Shown: positions 48,080 through 58,543, numbered from the stretch's first letter. The stretch is DNA of 64,000 bases from Promethearchaeota archaeon (GCA_016839745.1 JAEOTS010000044.1:1-64000); one strand, 5' to 3'. Program-made: numbers and translations. The notes: a model not told the origin generated them from the sequence alone.

Positions 48080-50005
48080 ATGACATTAAGAATTAAGAAT
48101 AAGCAATTTGTTGATGATATAGGCCGAACAGTGCTACTGAGGGGTGTGAATTTAGGGGGAAGCTCAAAAGTTCCCGTAACTCCTAATGGCGCAACACATA
48201 TTAAAACGAATTTTACAGATCATAGAGATGTTTCTTTTGTTGGTCGACCATTCCCTTTAAAAGAAGCAGATGAACATTTTTCACGATTAAAGCATTGGGG
48301 TTTTAATTGTCTTAGGTTTTTGGTAACCTGGGAGGCTATAGAGCATAGTGGCCCAAGAGAATACGATAAAGAATACTTAGATTATCTTGAAGAAATTCTA
48401 AAGATTGCTGAAGAAAATGAGTTTTACATATTTATAGATCCCCATCAGGATGTTTGGAGTAGAATAACTGGCGGAGATGGTGCACCAGGATGGACATTTG
48501 AAAAAGTAGGGTTAGATTATACGAAATTTGAATCCTCTGAGGCAACTTTTGTAATGCAATACAGATATAACCCTAATGACCTAGCTAAATATTCTTCAAT
48601 GCATTGGATGGGGAATACCTATAGATTTGCTAATGGAACGATGTGGACATTATTCTTTGGAGGAAAAGATTTTGCACCTTCAAGTACTATTGATGGAAAA
48701 AACGCTCAAGATTATTTGCAGAATCATTTCTTTGATGCTATGAAGCAACTAGCATTAAGGGTAAGAGATAATTCGCGTGTATTAGGATTTGATATATTAA
48801 ATGAACCTCCTGAAGGATGGATTAGTAAATATGTTGATGGAAGTGAATGGGAGGGGAAGTCTGATGTATTAGGGCATGTTTTTACTCCTATCGATGCAAT
48901 GCTTACTGGGGCAGGGCATACTAGAACAATTGGATATCAAGAAATGAAAAGGTTTGGTATAAAAGAAACTCGAAAAGATGAGTTAAATCAAGGTAAAATT
49001 TCATGTTGGTTAGAAGGTTTTGAAGATATCTGGAAAAAAGAAGGTGTTTGGGGATTAGATGAGTTTGGAAATCCAAAAATTGAAAAAAATGAATATTTTG
49101 TTTATAAAAATAGAGAAAAAGTCGATTTTTACCGAGATTATTTTACCCCTTTCCTTAAAGGCTATACTAAAGCTATCCGAGATAAATTTCCAGACGCTAG
49201 TATATTTCTTACAGGACCAATGGAGGGAGTGTTGAAAGGAGAGAGATTTGAATTAGAAATTCCACCTAATAGTGTACATGCTGCCCACTGGTACGATGTG
49301 GCAACAACTGGTACAAAAAAAGCAATGCTTAAAGCTAATTATAATTTAATTACAGGAAAACCAGTTATTGGCAAAGAAAACGTGCGACAAATGTTCATCT
49401 CGCAATTAGCAAAAATTAAAGCATACTCTAATTCTTTTTTTAATGGTATTCCGACCTTAATTGAGGAATTTGGATTGCCATTTGATCTTAATAATAAAGA
49501 AGCTTATCAGAAATTAAAAACTGATCCGAAAGTAGCATGGGATACACATATAAAATTGCTAAATAACTATTATAACGCATTAGATGCTAATTTATTACAT
49601 GCATTACAATGGAATTATACCCCAGATAATACTAACGAATGGGGGGATTTATGGAATTTAGAAGATTTATCAATTTATAGCATCGATCAAAGGGTTAATC
49701 CAGAGGATATTAATAGTGGTGGGAGAGCAATTAAGGGATTTTGTCGCCCACATTTTGTTCGTTGTACTGGCATTCCAAAAAAAATGGATTTTCAGATGGA
49801 GGAAGGTATCTTTTATTTTGAGTTTGAAGGTGACATTTCTATAAAAGGCTCAACAATTCTTTTTATTCCAAGAATTCATTTTCCAAACGGTTATAATATT
49901 AAAGTGTCTGAGGGTGAAATTCAAAAAGATGAAAAAAATCAAGTAGTATCCATTTTCATTAAAGAAAATGGGATTCATACAATTAATGTTATAAAAATCC
50001 AATAA
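48080..50005 (+). CDS. GH5 endoglycoceramidase-related protein (EGCrP-like glucosylceramidase/steryl-glucosidase)
   Basis: RGVNLGGSSKVP, SFVGRPFPL, TWEAIEH, DPHQDVWSR, NEP, HWYD, EFG, WNYT..N...GD.WN.ED; no signal peptide. Confidence 0.85.
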   Translation: MTLRIKNKQFVDDIGRTVLLRGVNLGGSSKVPVTPNGATHIKTNFTDHRDVSFVGRPFPLKEADEHFSRLKHWGFNCLRFLVTWEAIEHSGPREYDKEYLDYLEEILKIAEENEFYIFIDPHQDVWSRITGGDGAPGWTFEKVGLDYTKFESSEATFVMQYRYNPNDLAKYSSMHWMGNTYRFANGTMWTLFFGGKDFAPSSTIDGKNAQDYLQNHFFDAMKQLALRVRDNSRVLGFDILNEPPEGWISKYVDGSEWEGKSDVLGHVFTPIDAMLTGAGHTRTIGYQEMKRFGIKETRKDELNQGKISCWLEGFEDIWKKEGVWGLDEFGNPKIEKNEYFVYKNREKVDFYRDYFTPFLKGYTKAIRDKFPDASIFLTGPMEGVLKGERFELEIPPNSVHAAHWYDVATTGTKKAMLKANYNLITGKPVIGKENVRQMFISQLAKIKAYSNSFFNGIPTLIEEFGLPFDLNNKEAYQKLKTDPKVAWDTHIKLLNNYYNALDANLLHALQWNYTPDNTNEWGDLWNLEDLSIYSIDQRVNPEDINSGGRAIKGFCRPHFVRCTGIPKKMDFQMEEGIFYFEFEGDISIKGSTILFIPRIHFPNGYNIKVSEGEIQKDEKNQVVSIFIKENGIHTINVIKIQ

Positions 50006-50080
50006 CGAATTTTATCCTTCCCTTTATCATTAGAGTTAATTAAATTTATATTAAATTATTACAAAATAATCGTTGTAATT

Positions 50081-51214
50081 TTATTTCCATTGCATTTTTC
50101 CGTAATTCTTTTGAGTCACGCTTTCTAAACCCTTTAAAACATTCTTCGTTCCCGTAGTTTTATAAATTTTCATTAATTCATCCATCGTTGTAATTCTCCC
50201 GTTTTTAGCAGAAAGGTAGGAAAGAAGTACTACAGCGACTCCCTGTTTTGCTTGTTCTGGTGTAAATTCCGGTTCTTTATCTTCTAATATACATTCGGCG
50301 AAATACGCATCTTCATATCCCATGGAGATTTTATAATATTGTGGAAATGGTCCGTGTTCAATTGAGGGACTATAAAATTCACCTTTAACTTCAGCATCTG
50401 GATGTGAAGTGAGAACTCGAATGGGATTTTCCCATGAATGATCTTCAAGAATTGTTCCTCTGGTTCCATGTAACTCTGTCCTATTAGTTGGTAAATGAAT
50501 AGTAACTGAGGAAATATCAACTGTTATCATTGCTCCATTCTTATATCTTAGTAGAATAATTGCGTTGTCTTCTCCTTTATTAGGGGGAGAATTCGTAGCC
50601 TTTCCTAACCAGCATTGTGCAGAATCAACTTCTCCCAAAAGCCAATTCAACAAGGTAAATTTATGAACACCTTGATCGGCAACAACCCCACCACCTCCCT
50701 TATCGTAAGTAAAATTCCACGAATTAGGATCAAGAAATTGATCTGGACTAACATATGCTCCTTCATAAGTTCGGCCAAGAAAAACTTCTCCAATATAATC
50801 ACTTTCTATAATATCCTTCATGAACTGGTGAGCAGGAAGAAAACGGTGATTTTCGGCAATCATGAATTTAACACCAGCTTTTTTTGTTGCTGCTATCATA
50901 TCATCACACTCTTCAAGTGTAGTAGCCATTGGTTTTTCACATATTATATGTTTTCCCGATTCTGCTACCTCAACAACTATATCTCTATGAAGATAATGTG
51001 GTACCATGATAAGAACTGCATCTATATCACTCTTAAGAAAATCTTCTAAAGTTGAATAAGTTTCTAGTTTAGAATACTTAGCAACTCTTTTTAATTTTCT
51101 CTCATCGATATCGTATGCTGATATAAACTTAATCTTTGGATTTTTTTTAGAACCAAGCTTGTGGAAGCCCCACACAGCACCAGTGCCAATTATACCAAAT
51201 TTCACATAATCCAT
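50081..51214 (-). CDS. Gfo/Idh/MocA family oxidoreductase
   Basis: GIIGTG, PHYLH, CEKPMA, GGGVVADQGVH. Confidence 0.92.
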   Translation of the reverse strand: MDYVKFGIIGTGAVWGFHKLGSKKNPKIKFISAYDIDERKLKRVAKYSKLETYSTLEDFLKSDIDAVLIMVPHYLHRDIVVEVAESGKHIICEKPMATTLEECDDMIAATKKAGVKFMIAENHRFLPAHQFMKDIIESDYIGEVFLGRTYEGAYVSPDQFLDPNSWNFTYDKGGGGVVADQGVHKFTLLNWLLGEVDSAQCWLGKATNSPPNKGEDNAIILLRYKNGAMITVDISSVTIHLPTNRTELHGTRGTILEDHSWENPIRVLTSHPDAEVKGEFYSPSIEHGPFPQYYKISMGYEDAYFAECILEDKEPEFTPEQAKQGVAVVLLSYLSAKNGRITTMDELMKIYKTTGTKNVLKGLESVTQKNYGKMQWK

Positions 51215-51242
51215 AAAATAATTCCTCTATCAATCTACAATT

Positions 51243-52367
51243 TTATTTTACAAAAATATTTTTATCCAAACTTGAAAGCCGTTCGCAGCCAGATTTGGTA
51301 ATCCTATAGCAATCTTCTACACCAATCAAACCTTGATTTTTAAAATTTTGCCATATTTCAATATCTAAAACCATATTTGCTTCAAATGGAATGTCTAGGG
51401 TTTTCATTGGACTAAATAAATGAATTTCCTCACATTCTAATCCAATACTATGCCCTATAATGAAACACCTTCCTCGCTTTGCTAGAGATTTATAAAAATT
51501 TTTAGCATTATTATACAACTCTTTAATATTTAAATCAGGCTTAATATTATTTAAACAGAATTCTTGTACTTTTATCAATCTATCCATAATTTCTTCAGCA
51601 CCATCAGGTACTTGACCTATCACGAGCTCCCTGCTGACATCTGAGACGTAACCTTTCCAAATAGTGCCAATATCAAACCTATTAAGATCTCCAGATTTTA
51701 AAGTATTTCCAACTCCAGGCGCTTCAGGATCAGAAGGTCCCAAGTTCATTGTAAGATGATCCCATCCTTCTGCACCTTCATCAACGACAGTTCTTCTAGC
51801 AATTTGTAATAACTCTATGTCGCTAATTCCTTCATGAGCAGCATCAATCATCGCTTTTATTGCTTTTTCAGAAATTTCTGTAGATTTTCGTATGCGTCTT
51901 ACTTCCTCTTCTGATTTAACTAAACGCATGTCTAAAAATGCTTCATCTCCATTAATAAAATTCGCTCTTGGAAATTTATTCCTCAAATATTCAGACTGAT
52001 AAGAAGGCATTAGAGATTCGTATCCAATATTTTTTTCTGCCAATCCCCATTTTTCAATTCTATCTGACACCTCTTTCATTGCTGCTGTAGGAGAAGCAAT
52101 TCCACTTACATCGGTGACCCAAGAAAATTTATCTACACTACGATAAGTGATCCAGGTAATAAGACTTTCCTCGCCATCCCTCCGTAATAAAGATAGACTT
52201 GGATATTGATTGTATAGCACATATAAAATCGGATTTGGTGCTACATGTAATATCGGCAAGCCCGTTGTATAAAATATGTTTACTGGAGTAGATGCAACTA
52301 ACACATCAATATCATATTTTTCTAAAACAGTGCACGCCTTTTCTTTATTAAAACCAATAGGGTCCAT
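51243..52367 (-). CDS. M24 family (Xaa-Pro aminopeptidase/creatinase-like) hydrolase
   Basis: R.VKS.EE, D.G..W.GY.SD..R, GHSIG, E, VED. Confidence 0.85.
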   Translation of the reverse strand: MDPIGFNKEKACTVLEKYDIDVLVASTPVNIFYTTGLPILHVAPNPILYVLYNQYPSLSLLRRDGEESLITWITYRSVDKFSWVTDVSGIASPTAAMKEVSDRIEKWGLAEKNIGYESLMPSYQSEYLRNKFPRANFINGDEAFLDMRLVKSEEEVRRIRKSTEISEKAIKAMIDAAHEGISDIELLQIARRTVVDEGAEGWDHLTMNLGPSDPEAPGVGNTLKSGDLNRFDIGTIWKGYVSDVSRELVIGQVPDGAEEIMDRLIKVQEFCLNNIKPDLNIKELYNNAKNFYKSLAKRGRCFIIGHSIGLECEEIHLFSPMKTLDIPFEANMVLDIEIWQNFKNQGLIGVEDCYRITKSGCERLSSLDKNIFVK

Positions 52368-52436
52368 ATTATATCAAATTTTTAATTATTAATTTTCTTT
52401 AATTTGAAAGATAATGTTGATGTCAAATTACACTTA

Positions 52437-52787
52437 TTAATCTATATCCATAAAAACTTCTAATCTCTGTAATGCCCCCATATCTCCTTTTGTTTTAAGT
52501 TCTCCATCCATAAAAGCTTCCATCGGATCTACTTCTCCAGTGGCAATACCTACAAATAGATCTGAATTAACTTCTAAACCCATTTCTGCATCTTCATTAT
52601 ATCCATCCTCTAATCTCGCTGTTTTATTCTCAAAAATCATTTTTAGTTTGTAATCTATGTCTGGAAATACAAACTGCATAGTTTTGTTAAAATCTTCAAA
52701 CTCGTCTGCAATTTCTGGTTCATCTAACATATTAACCCAAACATTAAGAGCATCTTTAACTTCTTCGGCAGTAGCCAATAATTCCAC
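52437..52787 (-). CDS. SCP2 sterol/lipid-binding domain protein
   Basis: GEVDPMEAFMDGELKTKGDM signature. Confidence 0.88.
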   Translation of the reverse strand: MELLATAEEVKDALNVWVNMLDEPEIADEFEDFNKTMQFVFPDIDYKLKMIFENKTARLEDGYNEDAEMGLEVNSDLFVGIATGEVDPMEAFMDGELKTKGDMGALQRLEVFMDID

Positions 52788-52938
52788 CTCTTATTTTATG
52801 TTAATTATACTATTTCTATTTAAACACATGTTATGAATTATGAGATATTTAGTTAATCTTATTTAAATACTTTGTAACACACATGTCGTTTGTAACTTGT
52901 ATCTTTTGAAGGAAGTATTCATAATTCTATAATAATTA

Positions 52939-53733
52939 TTAAATTTTTCCTTGTTTTTTAAGCATTTCTAACACATCTTGTGGGTATTTAGCTCTAAAGA
53001 AAGGCATGCTTGAATACCAATGGCTTAATATCTTAACTATCAATGATGCTTTGTTCTTTTTTTTATTTTTTTTGCAAAAATATACTCTTCGGTATTTTTC
53101 AGCATATTTCCAACCGCTTACCCTCCTTCCGGCTAATCTTGTTTTTGGTTTATATGTCCATGTAGCATAATTTATTAACCAAAATTGTGTTTTATGACAA
53201 GCAAGAAGTTGATCGATTAGCGAAAAAGCCTCCTTTTTAAAACCGAAGAAAAAATTTGGGCTTAATGTCGAATAAAAATAAAGAGTTGGAGCGAAGTCGA
53301 TTAACTTGTTATGAATGCAGTAATATATTGCTTTACCTGTATTTACATGATCCATGTGATAATAAGCCGTATAAATTGCTTCTGGTGCGAAAATTATATC
53401 AGGTTTCTCTTCTTTTAAATATTCAGCAATTTTATTTACGAATTCTTTTGTAAATTCTACTAAACCATCAACATAACCAAAAAAGTGTATATTTTCTGGA
53501 GGTATCCCATGAATTCTTTGAGCATTGTATAATTCTTGAGTTCTAACTTTTGCCAGAAAATCACCTTTAAACTTATCATATTGAGCACCAGGAAGTCCAT
53601 ACTCACCTTTCGTGGTTGAGGCGATCTTAATTATATGCTTCTGTTTACTTTTTGTTGTAAGATAATGAATGAGGTGTCCGCAATTTAGCTCTAAATCGTC
53701 CGGATGAGGTTGAATGAATAAAATTTTTGCCAA
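52939..53733 (-). CDS. PIG-L family deacetylase
   Basis: PHPDDLE, TKGE, R..E, HMDH, H.TQ. Confidence 0.88.
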   Translation of the reverse strand: MAKILFIQPHPDDLELNCGHLIHYLTTKSKQKHIIKIASTTKGEYGLPGAQYDKFKGDFLAKVRTQELYNAQRIHGIPPENIHFFGYVDGLVEFTKEFVNKIAEYLKEEKPDIIFAPEAIYTAYYHMDHVNTGKAIYYCIHNKLIDFAPTLYFYSTLSPNFFFGFKKEAFSLIDQLLACHKTQFWLINYATWTYKPKTRLAGRRVSGWKYAEKYRRVYFCKKNKKKNKASLIVKILSHWYSSMPFFRAKYPQDVLEMLKKQGKI

Positions 53734-53743
53734 TTTTCTAACC

Positions 53744-54634
53744 TTACTTTATAGCTTCCAATTGTGCTTGTCTTTTCGCTAACAAAAACGAGCTTAACAA
53801 GATCAAAGAGACTCCAACAATTACATATATGATAGGAAAAATTGTAGAAGGCATTAGTGCAAAAACAAAGAAATATGCTATAATAGGTGTAATTTGTATA
53901 GGTACTTGCTGAATAGGAATCATTCGACTAGCGTTAGCTACTTGGAATGATTGTTGGATTTTCATAATCCCTAAGATACTAGCTGCAATTAAAATTACGG
54001 CACATGCTATAAACAAGAATATCTCGCCTAAAGACGCGTTTCCTCCAAAAACATGAGCGATAACAGCCATTAAAGGTGCAATCCAAAAATTAGTTAATGA
54101 AAATTGGAATCCTGAGGATATTGCTAATAATATTCCCTTTAATTTTTCAATTTTTCTTTGTAAAATCTCACATATCAATGAACCTAGAAATAAAGCAATA
54201 GTAAAAATAGTCATATTAAGTACAAGATCAAAAGCTAAAATGTCTATACCAGCAATATCTATACTTAATTCAGAAAGACCTAATAGAAAAATCGCTAAAA
54301 TCATCACCACAATTCCTATAATTTCTTCCTTTTTTAAAGTCTCACCAACAATTTTAACAGATCCAATAGCAAGGAAAATTAAACCAAATGCCATCAAGCC
54401 GGGTATTATCGCGGGGCCTATATAAATTTGCGCGATCATGAAAAAAACTGAGCCTATTATAAGTTCCATTAACATCCCTGTTATCCAAAGAGGTTTTTTC
54501 ACTAAACTTCTAAAGAATTTTGCTTCAGGGGGTACTTCATTAACTACCTTCTTTTGTAAGACTAAACCTATGTTATTTATACTTCCTGACAATATAGCTA
54601 AAAAAACACCTATAAAGTATGAAACACCATTCAT
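53744..54634 (-). CDS. DMT superfamily transporter, NIPA-like
   Basis: About 9 TM; G.VLQKK...L.KKPLW..G. Confidence 0.7.
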   Translation of the reverse strand: MNGVSYFIGVFLAILSGSINNIGLVLQKKVVNEVPPEAKFFRSLVKKPLWITGMLMELIIGSVFFMIAQIYIGPAIIPGLMAFGLIFLAIGSVKIVGETLKKEEIIGIVVMILAIFLLGLSELSIDIAGIDILAFDLVLNMTIFTIALFLGSLICEILQRKIEKLKGILLAISSGFQFSLTNFWIAPLMAVIAHVFGGNASLGEIFLFIACAVILIAASILGIMKIQQSFQVANASRMIPIQQVPIQITPIIAYFFVFALMPSTIFPIIYVIVGVSLILLSSFLLAKRQAQLEAIK

Positions 54635-54714
54635 TTTTCGATTACATCCCTTTTTCTTAGAATGAATACATATTTGTTTTTTGTCTATATAAAACTTATC
54701 TAAATGAATTTGAT

Positions 54715-55845
54715 TTAAACATTAAAATTCTTGACAATTTCTGATATTTTTTCTATTTTTCGAATATCTCCATTCGGGGAGAGTTCATCCGATACTCCAA
54801 GGATCAAATGCGGTGAAAATAATTTTAAAACCTTCTGAGTATATTCCTTGAGATAATTATCACTATATTCTGGTAAAAATAATATAGAAGGTATTCCATC
54901 TAAAAGTATCTTATTTCCAATTGCATCTTTGATATCCTCCAAGCTGACATCACCTTGTGGTTTTGCAGTTAAAGCTTCAAATCCGTCAAAAGGTAAATAT
55001 TCGAAATAAGGAAGAAAATCTCTAAGAGACCCATCAATATGAATATGACAGTACTTTCCCTTTTGATGAAGTTGATTTACTCGTTTTTCATAATAGGGTA
55101 TAAGGTATTTCTCAAAATAATGTGGAGGGCTTAAATTTGAATCAAGATTCTCACCAAAATTAACTAATTGAATTGGAGAATTTGATATCTGGTCATACAT
55201 CTGATCATCCCAATCCTCTAAAAACATCATGAAATTCTCTAATTGGGATGGATAACGTTTTAAAAATAAGATAGTCCCTGTAAAACCCATATACTCAGTA
55301 ACTAATTTTTGATATGGAGATTTTAATAAATATGTACTGGTGACACAAGTTTCTCCAAAATGCTTTTCTGCTAATTCAAAATTCTTTTTTGAAAACAAAA
55401 CATTTGTATTTTCTAAAATATATTGCATTGATTTAATATCAGCTAAAGTCTTTATTGGATATTCAGTTTTATGGCCTCCAAGTCCGCCACCAATTGATTC
55501 TACTTGTTTAAGCTTTCCAAGAGGAGTTTTGTGAATGGTGATAGTTTCTCCTTTCTTTGATCCATGTTCTCTTTGAACTTTAATATGGGACAGAGGATCA
55601 ATTATTTCATAGTATAATGGTAGATATAATGTTTCTTCTGAGTAACGTGGACTAACACCTAGTTCTTTGTAAATATCTAACTGAGTTTTACCATAATAAT
55701 GAGTAGGGATTGCTTTTGAGTATTTTTTTTTTTGTTTTGAATAAATCTTATTTCCAAAGTACCAGTAATAAAGCCTTGGACTAAAGACAATTTTATGCGT
55801 CTTTTCTCTCGAAAAAGTTTTGAGAACTTCTTGCCGTAAAGTCAT
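54715..55845 (-). CDS. uroporphyrinogen decarboxylase/MtaA-like TIM-barrel protein
   Basis: TPLGKL, EYPIKT, SP..F.KY..PYY, HIHIDG, PQGD. Confidence 0.75.
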   Translation of the reverse strand: MTLRQEVLKTFSREKTHKIVFSPRLYYWYFGNKIYSKQKKKYSKAIPTHYYGKTQLDIYKELGVSPRYSEETLYLPLYYEIIDPLSHIKVQREHGSKKGETITIHKTPLGKLKQVESIGGGLGGHKTEYPIKTLADIKSMQYILENTNVLFSKKNFELAEKHFGETCVTSTYLLKSPYQKLVTEYMGFTGTILFLKRYPSQLENFMMFLEDWDDQMYDQISNSPIQLVNFGENLDSNLSPPHYFEKYLIPYYEKRVNQLHQKGKYCHIHIDGSLRDFLPYFEYLPFDGFEALTAKPQGDVSLEDIKDAIGNKILLDGIPSILFLPEYSDNYLKEYTQKVLKLFSPHLILGVSDELSPNGDIRKIEKISEIVKNFNV

Positions 55846-55869
55846 TTTTTCTATGAAAACAAGTATATT

Positions 55870-56649
55870 TTATATCCCTAAGATTTTTCTAGCCTCAGAA
55901 GGATCTGCAGTTTCTCGTCCTAATTCCTTACTTAATCTTACCATCCGAGCTACAATCTCAGCATTATCTTTTGCTGGAACATTTTCTTTGATAAATGGAT
56001 AATCTTCTGTACCAACACGCACATTTCCTCCATGCTGAATTGCTAACACTGCGATTTTGGTTTGATCTTTTCCCATAACACTAATTGTATGCACACTATC
56101 TTTAGGCATATATTTGATTCTATGCAAATATTCATCTGCAGAAGGCGGAGACCAAGTTCCTCCGGGCCAATTAAAGAAAAGAGTTAAGATATAGGGGGGA
56201 TCTAAAACTCCTTTATTGATTAAATGATTCAAATTCCAATAAGAACCAGTATGCCATATTTCCCATTCTATTCCGATTCTAAATTTTTTACATGAGATGC
56301 AATATTGTTCTAGTTCATCAAGATCATGGATGACATTTACACTCCCTTCTGGAAAGTGTTCTGCATGATGATTTGCAATGACAGATAGCAAATCTGGCTT
56401 TGCATGAAAATCAGGACCCCGTTCTTCTATAGGATAACTAGACATACCTGCTTGGATTATGATATCACATCTTTCTCGAATTCTTTTGACAGATTCAATT
56501 TCTTCTCCTCTCGGAAGATGGATATGGGCAACTGCAGCTCCCGCTTCATAACATTTTACGACATCATCTATTAAGTCATCAGTATTTTCAGCCCAATTTT
56601 TTAAATCAGGATAAATCCAAGAATTTGCTGTAGTGGCAGTAATTATCAT
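55870..56649 (-). CDS. beta-keto acid cleavage enzyme (BKACE/Kce, DUF849)
   Basis: MIITA, CYEAGAAVAHIH, GGNVRVGTED, A.PSEAR.ILG. Confidence 0.85.
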   Translation of the reverse strand: MIITATTANSWIYPDLKNWAENTDDLIDDVVKCYEAGAAVAHIHLPRGEEIESVKRIRERCDIIIQAGMSSYPIEERGPDFHAKPDLLSVIANHHAEHFPEGSVNVIHDLDELEQYCISCKKFRIGIEWEIWHTGSYWNLNHLINKGVLDPPYILTLFFNWPGGTWSPPSADEYLHRIKYMPKDSVHTISVMGKDQTKIAVLAIQHGGNVRVGTEDYPFIKENVPAKDNAEIVARMVRLSKELGRETADPSEARKILGI

Positions 56650-56659
56650 TTTTTCAAAT

Positions 56660-57697
56660 TTATCTTGAAACACGACCAGATACATCACCTTTCATTATTT
56701 TTCTTACTTCCTCAACTGTAACTAAATTAAAATCGCCAAAAATTGTGTGTTTTAGACACGAGGCGGCTACTGCAAAATTCAATACTTCTTGTAAATCGTT
56801 TTTAAAATTCAGAAGCCCATAGATTAAACCGGCAACAAACGAATCTCCTCCGCCAACTCTATCAACAATATGAGTTATTTCGTAATGAGGGCTGATAAAC
56901 ATATCGTTTCCATTATATATCAAACCTGCCCATGTATTATGACTAGCGGAAATTGACCCCCTAAGTGTAATTGCTACATTTTTCAAATTTGGATATTGTT
57001 GTGTTATAGTCTCCACAACATATTTATATTTTTCTGGATCTAACTTCCCCGAGGTAACATTCGTATCAGGAGCACTAATTCCGAGAACTTTTTCTGCATC
57101 CTCCTCATTTCCAATAGCGATTTCGCAATATTTCACTAATTCTGGCATGACATCTAGAGGTGATTTTCCATACTTCCACAACTTACTTCGATAGTTTAAA
57201 TCACAGGAAATTGTAATTCCCCTTCTTTTTGCTTCTTTAACTGCGCTAAGGCAAATTTCTGCTAAGTTTGGAGATATCGCGGGAGAAATACCTGTCCAGT
57301 GAAACCAATGCACATCCTTAAAAATAGCATCCCAGTCAAACATGCTCACATTAGCAGTTGCGATTGCAGAATTTGCACGATCATAAATCACTTTACTAGG
57401 CCGAGCAGACGCTCCAATTTCTAGAAAGTAGATCCCAATTCTATCTCCACCTCTTACGATTTTATCGGTATTAACTCCATATTGTCGCAAATATTGAATA
57501 CATGCATCTCCAAGATTGTTTTTAGGTAATCTTGTAACATACTCAACGGGAATACCGAAATTTGCCAAAGAAACGGCAACATTAGCTTCCCCACCACCAA
57601 AGATAGCATCAAAGGATCTAGTTTGTGTAAATCTTCTGAAATATGGAGGGGATAACCTTAGCATAATTTCTCCTAGTGTGAGGACTTTTTGACTCAT
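56660..57697 (-). CDS. kdgK: 2-keto-3-deoxygluconate kinase (PfkB family)
   Basis: GEIMLRLSP, GGGEANVA, DLNYRSKLW, DRVGGGDSF. Confidence 0.9.
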   Translation of the reverse strand: MSQKVLTLGEIMLRLSPPYFRRFTQTRSFDAIFGGGEANVAVSLANFGIPVEYVTRLPKNNLGDACIQYLRQYGVNTDKIVRGGDRIGIYFLEIGASARPSKVIYDRANSAIATANVSMFDWDAIFKDVHWFHWTGISPAISPNLAEICLSAVKEAKRRGITISCDLNYRSKLWKYGKSPLDVMPELVKYCEIAIGNEEDAEKVLGISAPDTNVTSGKLDPEKYKYVVETITQQYPNLKNVAITLRGSISASHNTWAGLIYNGNDMFISPHYEITHIVDRVGGGDSFVAGLIYGLLNFKNDLQEVLNFAVAASCLKHTIFGDFNLVTVEEVRKIMKGDVSGRVSR

Positions 57698-57809
57698 AAT
57701 AATCATCTCAGCTTTAACATGATGATTAAAATTCACATACTTTTTAAACTTTCAATTTTAATATCGCAATTAAAACGATTAAAAAAAAAGGAGAAAATTT
57801 TATTTAGTT

Positions 57810-58376
57810 TTATATTTTTGAACCACAATTTTCGCAGAAATTACCTTCTTTAGGTAATTGATGACCACAATAAACGCAATACGCCTTTCCTTTAGTTTCC
57901 AAAGGTTCCGCAAGTTTTTTAGGAGGAACAACATAATCTTCAGACTTCACATATGCAACTTTTTCGCCGAGAATAATTTCGCCCGTTTCTGAATTAAAAC
58001 GATACCTAATAATTCCTTTATTGCGTAGATCAATAAGAACTTGAAGTACGTCTTTAGGTTTAATTCCAACTTCAAGAGCAATATCCTCTAATTTATGGGT
58101 TCCTTGGTTACCACGGTCAAGTATCGCAACTTTAATAGCTTTTTGGAATTTCATGTTGGTATAATATTGCGAAAAACCTCCTAGCATTATAAAGAAAGCA
58201 GGAATGAATAACCAATAACCCCAAGATCTAAGACCAATAAATTCGACATTAAATGCTAGGAAAAATAGAGATAGTATAGCAACGAATAAAAATACTAAAC
58301 CTACAGCAAAAGTTTCGATTGCAGCTTCATATTTTTTCTTAGAATAGTAGCGATTCTTATATCTATCATAAGACAT
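57810..58376 (-). CDS. membrane protein with winged-helix (PCI-like) domain and C-terminal zinc ribbon
   Basis: 2 TM; LEDIALEVG...LIDLRNKG.I...F...TG; CVYC...CENC. Confidence 0.75.
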   Translation of the reverse strand: MSYDRYKNRYYSKKKYEAAIETFAVGLVFLFVAILSLFFLAFNVEFIGLRSWGYWLFIPAFFIMLGGFSQYYTNMKFQKAIKVAILDRGNQGTHKLEDIALEVGIKPKDVLQVLIDLRNKGIIRYRFNSETGEIILGEKVAYVKSEDYVVPPKKLAEPLETKGKAYCVYCGHQLPKEGNFCENCGSKI

Positions 58377-58463
58377 AATTTCTTATCACTTCTTTGATTA
58401 ACACATTTTTTGTTTTTAGAATCAATTTGTAAGTATTGAGATGATTCATTAATTTAAAAACAT

Positions 58464-58474
58464 TTGGAGTCCAA
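58464..58474. promoter_or_regulatory. palindromic TTGGAGTCCAA box beside the putative TATA of 57810..58376
   Basis: Matches the 5285..5293 motif and spacing. Confidence 0.5.
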
Positions 58475-58543
58475 TATCTAGGAGGTACGTTAAAAATGTC
58501 AAAGAGTCTTTAAATGAAAGAAAATAAACAAATGAAAACTGGA

